DNA from: a virus
Reading direction: 5' to 3' (one strand)
IMG/VR virus record: IMGVR_UViG_2936333065_000001
Location: 2,543 to 66,542 of that record
Length of the DNA: 64,000 nucleotides
Below are positions 16,616 through 25,483 of this stretch, in pieces (position 1 is the stretch's first letter; every line of letters begins with the position of its first letter). Below the pieces are notes generated by a model that ran no database searches, was not told the origin of the DNA, and saw nothing but the letters and a program-made list of their open reading frames with translations. The position numbers were made by a program, and so were the translations under genes.

Positions 16616-19600
16616 ATGGCAACAGCATCACTTGGCCGCTTGACACTCGATCTTGTTGCCAAAATTTCTGGTTATACAGAACCGTTGAGTCGTGCAGAGC
16701 GTGAAACCAAAAAATCCACTCAGGCGATTTCAGGGAATTTCAATATTGTAGATAAGGCGGCTGTGAGTCTAAAAGGTACAATGGCAGATGTAGCATTGGC
16801 TATTGGTGGTACTGCTGCGTCCATATTTTCATTGAATAAAATCATTGAAGTTCAACGCAATTTTGACAAATTAAATGCAAGTTTAATTACAGCAACGGGT
16901 TCGGCTGATAATGCGCAAAAAGTATTTAGTGTTCTACAAGATTTCGCTCAAACAACGCCTTATGGTTTGGAGCAATCTGTTACTGCTTTTGTAAAATTGG
17001 TAAACCTTGGTCTTAATCCGTCCCAAAAAGCTTTGACGTCATATGGTAACACTGCTGCTGCCATGGGTAAGGATTTGGATCAAATGATCGAAGCTGTTGC
17101 TGATGCTGCTACGGGAGAGTTTGAACGATTAAAAGAATTTGGCATCAAAGCAAGCCAGCAAAATGGGAAAGTAGCATTGACTTTTCAGGGAACGACTAAA
17201 GTTATTGAGAATAGTAGTCAGGCCATACAAGACTATTTATTGCAAATTGGCGAGGTTAATTTTGCAGGTGCAATGGAAAACCGAATGAAAAGCCTTGATG
17301 GTGCATTTGCAAATCTTGAAGACACTCTTGATTCTGTAGTGCTTAAAATCTCTCAGTCTGGAATCGGGGATTTTATTAAAGACAGTGTCAATAACGCTAG
17401 CGATTCATTGGTAGTACTTGGTGAAAATATTGAACATGTTACTGATGTGGGTTTGGTTGCTGGGGCTTATTTTTCGGGAAAATTTGCAGCAGGTTTGATT
17501 CTTAGTTTAAAGGAAAGTATAGCGGCAACAATTGCTCAACGAGATGCAACCATAATTCAGACTCAGGCAAACATACAATCATTGGGTGTGGCTGCATTAC
17601 GAGAAAAACAAAATGTAGCTTTGGCTTTAACGGAGCTTAATGTAGCTAAAGCAGAGTATAACAGCGCAGTTACTGCTAATGCGCGTGCTGTGGCAATTCA
17701 GCGAGTTACGGCAGCAGAGATTGCACATAATATTACTATGAAGCAATCGGCTGCGACAACAATGGCTTACACTACCGCTCAAAATGCTTCTGTAGGTATT
17801 GGCCGTTCACTATTGGGGATTCTGGGTGGGCCTGTAGGTTTAGGTCTTACGCTTGCAACTGTTGCTGCTGGTTTTTTATTGGTTAGAGATAACTCGACTC
17901 AAACTTCGGATGCGCTTGAAGATCAAGGTTTAACGGTTGATGAATTGCGTGTTAAGTATGAAAAGATGACATCATCTCAATTAAAGCTGAAGAAGTTTGA
18001 AGCAATCGATAAAATTGAGGAAGAAACTGGAAAAATTAATAGTTATAAAAGTGCTATCCAGCAAGTCATTGATCAACTTAATAGCGAAGGAGATATTAAA
18101 CAATCTGGCGCATTACAGCAATATTTAGATAATCTAAAAGCAGGTGGGGATAAGGCAAAAAATGCATTTGCAGAGCTTGAAAAACAAGGTCTAGTGAGTG
18201 ATTCAAATATTCGAATGGTGGCTGATCTTGACTCAAAGATCAATGAATCTAACAAGACTTTGGAAAAGCAAAATCAGATTAAGGATTTAGCTGGTCAGAA
18301 AACAGATGTATTAACCGAGTTTCAGAAAAAACAAAACATTGTCATTGCTGAGCAAGCTCGAATTTTAGGTTTAACTACGGCTGAATGGGCTAAATTGACT
18401 AAGCAGCAGCAAGATTATGCCACCAAAGTTGGTGAGAAGTCTGTTCGAGATGTTTTTGTGGGAGCCTTTACATCGAAGAATGGAAGCAAAGAGCAAGCTG
18501 AATTTTGGGCGGATCAATATGAGGCTATGGGTGTTCCTTTAACCCAGAAATTATCCGATGCTCAAAAAAAGATTGCTATCGAGGCTTGGAACAATTCCGA
18601 TATTTTTGCTTTGAAACCAGACCAGATTAAATCATTTAAGAAAGTTCAGGGTTTGGCAGCACAATATAAATTCTCCGATAAAGAGAGTAGCTATGGTTTG
18701 CCTTCTGGACTTCTATCAGCAATCATGATGAACGAGAGTCGCGGTGATACTTTCAGAAATGGGAAACTCTTAACATCAGAAAGCGGTGCACAAGGTTCGT
18801 TTCAGTTTATGCCCGATACTGCTAAACGGTTCGGTGTTGATGTTAGGGATATTGGATCAAGTGCATTAGGGGCTGCTAAATACCTTAGTTATCTTTACAA
18901 GGAATTCGGTGATTGGAACAAGGCTATTGCCGCGTACCATGCAGGCGAGGGAAATGTGGCAAGAGGCACAAATATTGGTCCAAGAACAAAAGGCTATGTT
19001 GCTAATGCGCAGAAATATATGGCTGCTGCAAGCGGTAAAACATCGGTTGATAATTCAATTATGATGCCAACTCAAGCAGATATCTTGGTTCAACAAACTC
19101 TTGCGGCGCAAGCTCAAAAGGACCTCGATGATAAGCGCAAAGAAATTGACGCACAGTATTACACTGACGCTGAAAAACTTGCCAAAGATCATCAGGATCG
19201 GATTGAGAAAATTACTCAAGCATATACGGGGACATCTGAATTAAAAACACGATTGGCCCAAGAGGATTTGCTTTACAAGCAGCAAAGCTCACAACTTCAG
19301 CTCGATAAGAAAAATGAATATGAGAAATATTTTTCTTTTGAGAAAACGCGAATTGATCAGATTGTGGAGAGCTACAATACTGAAAAATCTTTAGTTGAAT
19401 TAAACACTCAATTCACGAAAGATCAAATTGCAGCAATACAAAATGCGTTAGAACGCCAGAAGCAAGAGGAGATTGCCTTATATAAGCAAGCTGAAATTGA
19501 GAAGCAGGTTGCATACAATCAAACACTTCAAGCTCAGTTTCAGGCGTTAAAGCAGGCGCGAGCCATTTTTTCAGTTCCGAGAGATCAAAGAGCAGGATTA

Positions 19601-20395
19601 GCACTAACATTTGCTGAGAGCAATGAACTTTCCTCAAATGATAACGAATTGGTTAATACTCAGAATGCATTGATAACACAACTTCAGGAGCGAGAGATTA
19701 TTCAGGCTGAGTATGATCGCCGACTTGAAGATGCTGTTTTGTTGCATGAGGAGAATAAGCAAAAAATTCGAGAAGATTATGCGATTCAATATGAGGATTT
19801 AATTCGCTCTCAGCGCGAGAATGAATTGAATAGCTATAATTCAGTATTATCAATGGCGAGTAGCGTTTTTTCATCAATGACAGGTATGGCGAAAGATGCT
19901 TACGGTGAACAATCTGGAGCATATAAGTCGCTTTTCTTGATGCAACAGGCGGTAGCTATAGGTCAGGCAACAATCAATGCATTCCTTGCGTATTCCCAAG
20001 TTTTAGCACAAGCACCCTACCCACTAAATATGACTTTAGCTCCTATTGCATTAGGTTTGGGGATGGCTAATGTTGGGATGATAGCTGGTCAGACTATTGC
20101 TGGCATGGCCCACAACGGGATAGACAATATTCCGAAAGAGGGAACATGGCTATTAGATGGCGGTGAGCGTGTGTTGAATCCGCAGCAAAATCAGGATTTA
20201 ACACGGTATTTGAATGAGCGGCAAAGTGGGTCAGATGGTGGTGATGTAAGTATTCAAGTCAACGTCACTGACTCAGGTGTAACCACTTCAGGCGGCAACA
20301 CCCAAGATCAAAAGCAACTTGGGCAATTGATAGGCAATGCGGTTAGGGCTGTGATTCGACAGGAACAGCGGCAGGGTGGTCTACTATACAAATAA
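16616..20395 (+). CDS. Tape measure protein with SLT lytic transglycosylase domain
   Basis: Long helical ORF; YGLPSGLLSAIMMNES, GAQGSFQFMP and AIAAYHAG at about 18690-19020; GMAHNGID C-terminal motif. Confidence 0.95.
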   Translation: MATASLGRLTLDLVAKISGYTEPLSRAERETKKSTQAISGNFNIVDKAAVSLKGTMADVALAIGGTAASIFSLNKIIEVQRNFDKLNASLITATGSADNAQKVFSVLQDFAQTTPYGLEQSVTAFVKLVNLGLNPSQKALTSYGNTAAAMGKDLDQMIEAVADAATGEFERLKEFGIKASQQNGKVALTFQGTTKVIENSSQAIQDYLLQIGEVNFAGAMENRMKSLDGAFANLEDTLDSVVLKISQSGIGDFIKDSVNNASDSLVVLGENIEHVTDVGLVAGAYFSGKFAAGLILSLKESIAATIAQRDATIIQTQANIQSLGVAALREKQNVALALTELNVAKAEYNSAVTANARAVAIQRVTAAEIAHNITMKQSAATTMAYTTAQNASVGIGRSLLGILGGPVGLGLTLATVAAGFLLVRDNSTQTSDALEDQGLTVDELRVKYEKMTSSQLKLKKFEAIDKIEEETGKINSYKSAIQQVIDQLNSEGDIKQSGALQQYLDNLKAGGDKAKNAFAELEKQGLVSDSNIRMVADLDSKINESNKTLEKQNQIKDLAGQKTDVLTEFQKKQNIVIAEQARILGLTTAEWAKLTKQQQDYATKVGEKSVRDVFVGAFTSKNGSKEQAEFWADQYEAMGVPLTQKLSDAQKKIAIEAWNNSDIFALKPDQIKSFKKVQGLAAQYKFSDKESSYGLPSGLLSAIMMNESRGDTFRNGKLLTSESGAQGSFQFMPDTAKRFGVDVRDIGSSALGAAKYLSYLYKEFGDWNKAIAAYHAGEGNVARGTNIGPRTKGYVANAQKYMAAASGKTSVDNSIMMPTQADILVQQTLAAQAQKDLDDKRKEIDAQYYTDAEKLAKDHQDRIEKITQAYTGTSELKTRLAQEDLLYKQQSSQLQLDKKNEYEKYFSFEKTRIDQIVESYNTEKSLVELNTQFTKDQIAAIQNALERQKQEEIALYKQAEIEKQVAYNQTLQAQFQALKQARAIFSVPRDQRAGLALTFAESNELSSNDNELVNTQNALITQLQEREIIQAEYDRRLEDAVLLHEENKQKIREDYAIQYEDLIRSQRENELNSYNSVLSMASSVFSSMTGMAKDAYGEQSGAYKSLFLMQQAVAIGQATINAFLAYSQVLAQAPYPLNMTLAPIALGLGMANVGMIAGQTIAGMAHNGIDNIPKEGTWLLDGGERVLNPQQNQDLTRYLNERQSGSDGGDVSIQVNVTDSGVTTSGGNTQDQKQLGQLIGNAVRAVIRQEQRQGGLLYK

Positions 20396-20428
20396 CCCAT
20401 TCAATCGAATGGGTTTAATTTTTGGAGG

Positions 20429-20968
20429 TTAAGGCGATGTGTTTGGATAATACTTTCGAAGCCATACAACAAGCGGGATCAGAAAGCTCTCAATATCTTC
20501 AGAAGTGTAGCCCTCAACAGTTACATGAAAAACCATCACATTGGGTTCCACATTGTAGAGCAGGGTATGGTGATAAACCCAATCTAGGCGGTTTTCAATG
20601 GTGTGACGAGCTTCTGCGCCAGCTCGATTCTGAATGAATTCGTAGAATTGCTCATCCAGCGTAGCTAAGCTAAAGCTTGATGTATCGAAAGATGGTCGAA
20701 AACAAAATTCGATATATGAGCGAAAAACATCCTCTATATCTGGTGCGGTATCAAACCAACAACCTAGAGTCATGAATTTAGTGGGTTCCGAATTCAATAA
20801 AAGAATTTCATTTTTGAGCTTAGGCATTAAATCTAATTCATGAATTTCATCAATTCGATGTGGCTCTTTAACCAAGTCAATTCCACCAATATTAGTTTTT
20901 CCATTTTCTAATTCAGGACGATAAGGCCACAACTGATAGGTTTTACAGGGTCTTTTGCGTATTGCCAT
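20429..20968 (-). CDS. Moron protein of unknown function (179 aa)
   Basis: Antisense to the tail operon; bounded by hairpins at about 20394-20416 and 21017-21043. Confidence 0.8.
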   Translation of the reverse strand: MAIRKRPCKTYQLWPYRPELENGKTNIGGIDLVKEPHRIDEIHELDLMPKLKNEILLLNSEPTKFMTLGCWFDTAPDIEDVFRSYIEFCFRPSFDTSSFSLATLDEQFYEFIQNRAGAEARHTIENRLDWVYHHTLLYNVEPNVMVFHVTVEGYTSEDIESFLIPLVVWLRKYYPNTSP

Positions 20969-21060
20969 GTTATAGTTATCTCGTTAGGTAGTTGTGGTGA
21001 CTTAATACTAACACTGAACCCGTTCTTTTTAGGACGGGTTTTTATTTGGGAGTTCTTCAA

Positions 21061-21318
21061 ATGAAGAGTCTACGAAAACAGAAAAAACGATTCAGCCTAA
21101 AAGAGCATAAAGCCAAAGACAATCCAAAGCCGTTGGGTCAGATGATTGGCAATGCAGTTCGCAATATTATTAAATCTGAACAACGACAAGGCGGGCTGTT
21201 ATATAAAAACAACATCCCAAAAGATTCAGATGTCAGTACTACAACAATTGAAGACTGTCGATTGCGCACTACTGAAATGAAATTGCAATGGGGCAATCCT
21301 AAAGATGAGCAACCGTAA
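21061..21318 (+). CDS. Small protein carrying a copy of the tape-measure C-terminal peptide
   Basis: GGGAG RBS; LGQMIGNAVRNIIKSEQRQGGLLYK. Confidence 0.65.
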   Translation: MKSLRKQKKRFSLKEHKAKDNPKPLGQMIGNAVRNIIKSEQRQGGLLYKNNIPKDSDVSTTTIEDCRLRTTEMKLQWGNPKDEQP

Positions 21319-21643
21319 ATTTACATGGTGTACTGACCTAGACAGCAACTCAAACACCCAAAACTTCAATGTTCTATCTTCCAAGTTTGGCGATGGTTAC
21401 GAGCAACATGCAAGTGTCGGCATAAATAACCGCAAGGGCCAGTGGGCATACCAAAGAACAGCTTTAAAAGCTGAAATACAAGCAATTAAAGCATTTTTTG
21501 ATGACCACAAAGGTGCAGATTCTTTTTTGTGGGATTCTCCACTGGATGGTGAAGTGAGAGTTAAAACCGATGTGTCATATACCCCAACCTGTGTGGGGGG
21601 TGATGTCTGGCGAATCTCAACAACTTTTTACCAACAGTTTTAA
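21305..21643 (+). CDS. Minor tail protein M-like (distal tail)
   Basis: KFGDGYEQ...GIN and FFDDHKGA.SFLW motifs. Confidence 0.92.
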   Translation: MSNRKFTWCTDLDSNSNTQNFNVLSSKFGDGYEQHASVGINNRKGQWAYQRTALKAEIQAIKAFFDDHKGADSFLWDSPLDGEVRVKTDVSYTPTCVGGDVWRISTTFYQQF

Positions 21644-21697
21644 ATTAATTCAAAACATAGACACTCGAAGGAGTGCTTTTTTTAATGCGAGAAAGAA

Positions 21698-22846
21698 ATG
21701 GCAATTCAAACAATTAATTTAGGAACAGCACCGAGTGGTGCAGGTGGCGACACTAATCGATCTGCAAATGTAAAAATCAATGCCAACTTTACAGACAATG
21801 TGAATGCTGCGAGTCGGCTAGTGGGTACTTCAAGTGGCAATGTGATGCAAGTGGGGGCGTTTGGGCTGGGCGGATTATCAGCAGATTCAAACCCCGATTC
21901 TTTTTTAAAGTGCGGATTCTCTCATACAAATGGTAGCCCTACATCAGGTTTTAATTTTTTAATGCTAATTACAGCAACGCATTCGACTAACGAAGATTAT
22001 TGTTGGCAATTAGGTGTAGGTGGTGGTGAATCTAATATGCGAAATTTAAAAGGAAGGGTAAGAAATAATGGTATATGGTCAACGTCTGCTCAAATATTTA
22101 ATTCCCATAATGCAACAGTCGATAGTAATGGTTTTATCAAAGCAGCATCACCAATTGTTCGATTATTTGCTGAAAAAATTGAATTGAATGATGAAGCAAA
22201 AGAGCAAGCTATTACTTTAGAAAAAATTAGCATAGGACATTATTTGATAAAAGACTCATCGGGTTTTGCAAAAGATGGCTGGTGGATAGAAATCCCAACA
22301 GATACAAATGGTAATAAAATCTGCGCTGTTGAATATCAAACTTTGGAAAACAGTGATCTTGAAATTAAAACATTCAAGAAAAAGTTAAATGAAGATGGTG
22401 ATATTGTTGCGAATCTCGATGCGCCGATTGACATCCCAAGCAATTCAAAAGGTGAGCCGCGTTGGATTGATATTCGTTTAAATGAAATCAAAAAACCAGT
22501 TGTTCATAAAGTCCCACGCACAACAAAACAGCCGCGAATGATTCAGCAAATGAAATATGCACCGCAAGTCACGTATATCACTAAGCTTGAAGATTTAGTA
22601 GATGATAAAGGTGAAATTGTCATTGTTGATGGCAAGCCTTATCAAAAACCTGTTTCTTATATTCACACAGATCAAAATGGCACTCCAATTCTAACCGATC
22701 AGCCTGTTGTGAATGAAAAGGGTGAAGTGGTATTTGAGTGGGTGCAAGCGGTGGATAGCGAGGACAACCCAATCTTTGATGACATTGAAGAAATAGATGC
22801 TGACGGCAATGTGATTTATGAGGAGGTAACTTATGACCCTGAATAG
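21698..22846 (+). CDS. Tail fibre protein
   Basis: INLGTAPSGAGGDT anchor, GNVMQVGAFGLG, DSNGFIKAASPIVRLF. Confidence 0.85.
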   Translation: MAIQTINLGTAPSGAGGDTNRSANVKINANFTDNVNAASRLVGTSSGNVMQVGAFGLGGLSADSNPDSFLKCGFSHTNGSPTSGFNFLMLITATHSTNEDYCWQLGVGGGESNMRNLKGRVRNNGIWSTSAQIFNSHNATVDSNGFIKAASPIVRLFAEKIELNDEAKEQAITLEKISIGHYLIKDSSGFAKDGWWIEIPTDTNGNKICAVEYQTLENSDLEIKTFKKKLNEDGDIVANLDAPIDIPSNSKGEPRWIDIRLNEIKKPVVHKVPRTTKQPRMIQQMKYAPQVTYITKLEDLVDDKGEIVIVDGKPYQKPVSYIHTDQNGTPILTDQPVVNEKGEVVFEWVQAVDSEDNPIFDDIEEIDADGNVIYEEVTYDPE

Positions 22847-23636
22847 TGATTTTCAAAAGCTTTATGTTGATGGGTTAATTACCCTGTTTGAACTTGATGC
22901 CAGTCACTTAGGTGCTGGCATTTTACGTTTTCATGGCCATATATCATTTCAAGATTGGGAAAAAATCTATACATCAATTGGATCTAGTGGATTGATTGGT
23001 GCTGATAGTATTGGCTTTGGTAAGATTTTCGATGTCGGCGATGAGAAGCAGTGGCTACGGAATATTATTTTTAATGGCCAAACTTATGAACCAATGGCGC
23101 TACAAGTTGATGGATTGGAGATGAATAGCACAGGCAAAGCGTCTATGCCAACATTAAGCATGGCAAACAATATTGCAGGCGTTCAGGGTGCTGTATCAGC
23201 GTATTGCTTGCGTTTTGAAGATTTTGTTGGCGCAAAGGTCAGGGTTATTCGCACACTTGCCAAATATCTTGATGCTGAAAACTTTAGTGGCGGCAACACC
23301 TTTGCTGACCCAACTCAATCAAAAACTCAAATCTGGTACATTGAGCAAAAGACATCTGAAAACTCTCAGCAAGTCACATTTGAGCTATCAAACCCAATTG
23401 ATTTTGAGGGTTTACAAATCCCTGTGAGAAACATCACAGCGTATTGCGATTGGTGTATGCGCGGCAATTACCGCGGTGAAGAATGCCAATATATGGGTTT
23501 GCAGTACTTTACCGATAAGAACGAACCAACAGATGATCCAAGCCAAGACAAATGCCGTGGTGATTACGAGGCATGTAAGTTGCGCTCGAATGACCCTAAC
23601 TTTGGTGGCTTCCCTGCATCAAATTTATTTCAGTGA
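22833..23636 (+). CDS. Minor tail protein L-like
   Basis: RTLAKYLDAENF and C-terminal Cys cluster C.W..RG.YRGEECQY...D.C......CKLR...FGGFP. Confidence 0.95.
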   Translation: MTLNSDFQKLYVDGLITLFELDASHLGAGILRFHGHISFQDWEKIYTSIGSSGLIGADSIGFGKIFDVGDEKQWLRNIIFNGQTYEPMALQVDGLEMNSTGKASMPTLSMANNIAGVQGAVSAYCLRFEDFVGAKVRVIRTLAKYLDAENFSGGNTFADPTQSKTQIWYIEQKTSENSQQVTFELSNPIDFEGLQIPVRNITAYCDWCMRGNYRGEECQYMGLQYFTDKNEPTDDPSQDKCRGDYEACKLRSNDPNFGGFPASNLFQ

Positions 23637-23644
23637 GATAAAAA

Positions 23645-23800
23645 ATGAAATTATATTGCTTGTGTGGTGGTGAATTTATGCCAACTGGCTCAATCTTAAT
23701 GTCTTGCCCGCCGCAAATTCAATGTAAATGCGATAAGTGCGGAAAAATTAAGGGGTTCTTCGATGAAAATCACAACCAAGTTAAAAAAACAGATCACTAA
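23645..23800 (+). CDS. Small Cys-rich (zinc-ribbon-like) protein (51 aa)
   Basis: Own translation MKLYCLCGGEF...SCPPQIQCKCDKCGK. Confidence 0.55.
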   Translation: MKLYCLCGGEFMPTGSILMSCPPQIQCKCDKCGKIKGFFDENHNQVKKTDH

Positions 23801-24524
23801 AGCGACTGCTGAGTGCTATCCGTTTGAAATGTGCGGTGTAGTGGTTGATGGTGATTTTATTCAACTAGAAAATACTTCAAGCGACCCACAAAACCACTTT
23901 GAAATATCACCTGAGCAACTTGCCAAAATTGAAGATCGTGGCGAGATTCAAGCGTATGTGCATTCACATCCAGATGGCACTGCCACAGCATCGCCACTTG
24001 ATAAGCATCAAATTGAGCTACATGGCAAGCCGTGGATAATCTGCTCATTTCCTGATACAGATATTCAATTGCATGAACCCTGTGGTTACAAAGCGCCATT
24101 AATTGGGCGTAACTATTACCACGGCTGGCAAGACTGCTATTCACTCGTTCGTGACTTTTATGAGCGCGAATTAAATATTGCCCTGCCTGATTTTGATCGC
24201 GATGATAACTGGTGGGAATCTAAAGATCATGCATCTTTATATCTTGAAAACTATAAGTCGGCTGGATTTTATGAAGTGGATCAAGCGCAATATGGTGACA
24301 TGCTTGTGTGCAAAGTGGGGCGTACTGAACACCCGAATCATGCTGTTATATGGCTTGGTAATCAATGGCAATTAAAGTCAGAACAAGCAGAGCCAGCCAT
24401 AGGCAATACTTTAATTCTACATCACCCATACAACCAAAGCTCAAAGCGCGAAATTTATGGGCAGAATTGGGCAGAGCGAACTGTGATGATTTTACGTCAC
24501 AAGGATATGAGTCATGGCTTATAA
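23763..24524 (+). CDS. Tail assembly protein K-like (JAB + NlpC/P60)
   Basis: E.CG...VHSHP..........D and DCYSLVRD...NHA motifs. Confidence 0.95.
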   Translation: MKITTKLKKQITKATAECYPFEMCGVVVDGDFIQLENTSSDPQNHFEISPEQLAKIEDRGEIQAYVHSHPDGTATASPLDKHQIELHGKPWIICSFPDTDIQLHEPCGYKAPLIGRNYYHGWQDCYSLVRDFYERELNIALPDFDRDDNWWESKDHASLYLENYKSAGFYEVDQAQYGDMLVCKVGRTEHPNHAVIWLGNQWQLKSEQAEPAIGNTLILHHPYNQSSKREIYGQNWAERTVMILRHKDMSHGL

Positions 24525-25107
24525 AACAATCCGATTTCACGGTGTTTTACGTGAAAAGTTTGGCAAGGAATGGCAATTAGAAGTTAACTCAGTCAAAGAA
24601 GCCATGCGTTTACTTGCTGTGCAGATTCAAGGCTTAGAGCAATTTATGCTGAATGCTCATCATCAGGGCTTGCGCTTTGCGGTATTCATAGATAAGCGCA
24701 AAACCATATCCGAAAAAGAAGTCGATATGAACACAGGTGCAGAGCTTATTCGCATTGTGCCAATTGTTGAAGGTGCGGGTGGTAATGGGGTTTTGCAGAC
24801 TGTTCTAGGGGCAGTGATGGTGGTGGTTGGTTATGTAATCACAGGCTTATCTTATGGGTGGGCCGCACCTGTGGGGGGCGCTTTGATTTCAGCAGGTGTT
24901 GGCTTAATAGCTGGTGGTATTGCTCAAATGCTGATGCCAAAAACTCAAACAGAAGATTCAAACAGTGATGGTAATCGCTCAAATTATGGTTTCGGTTCGG
25001 CTGTGACGACAGTTGCTCAGGGTAATCCTGTTCCGATTCTTTATGGCGAGTTTGAGATAGGTGGCTTCATCTTAAATGGTGGGCAGTACCCTGAAGATCA
25101 ATTATAA
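24514..25107 (+). CDS. Tail assembly protein I-like
   Basis: IRIVPIVEGAG and QGNPVPILYGE motifs. Confidence 0.93.
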   Translation: MAYKTIRFHGVLREKFGKEWQLEVNSVKEAMRLLAVQIQGLEQFMLNAHHQGLRFAVFIDKRKTISEKEVDMNTGAELIRIVPIVEGAGGNGVLQTVLGAVMVVVGYVITGLSYGWAAPVGGALISAGVGLIAGGIAQMLMPKTQTEDSNSDGNRSNYGFGSAVTTVAQGNPVPILYGEFEIGGFILNGGQYPEDQL

Positions 25108-25129
25108 TTAAGCTTTTGGAGGGTTTTGC

Positions 25130-25429
25130 ATGTTAGAGAAGATAAATCTTGGCGAAAGACCAGACGGTAGCGACGGTGATACATTTGAGTCCGCTTGCAC
25201 AAAGATTAACAATAACTTTAAAAAACTATCAGAAGAAGCTAAGCCAATTATCTTGAATGGCGAATCTTCAGCTCAGGAGCGGATTTTACATATTTATGAT
25301 GTCATAAAGTATAACAGTGAATTGTTGGGTTTTAATTACCCAGACTTGAGGCAGGTCGTCAATCAGCAGGGGACTATAAAGCCACGAGCGGTGTTTGAGC
25401 CAATTGTTGACTACTTCAATAGAATTTAA
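25130..25429 (+). CDS. Small protein with a tail-fibre-like N-terminal anchor motif
   Basis: GGAGG RBS; INLGERPDGSDGDTFESACTKINNNF; terminator at about 25445-25467. Confidence 0.75.
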   Translation: MLEKINLGERPDGSDGDTFESACTKINNNFKKLSEEAKPIILNGESSAQERILHIYDVIKYNSELLGFNYPDLRQVVNQQGTIKPRAVFEPIVDYFNRI

Positions 25430-25483
25430 CTCTAAAAACCTTTCAGGCGCATTACGCGCCTTTTTTATTGCTTGGAATTTACT

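Noticed and set aside
23763..25107. JAB peptidase plus ubiquitin-like protein as a bacterial ubiquitination defence system
   Set aside because: These are ordinary lambda K and I tail proteins in L-K-I-J order; no E1/E2 genes are present
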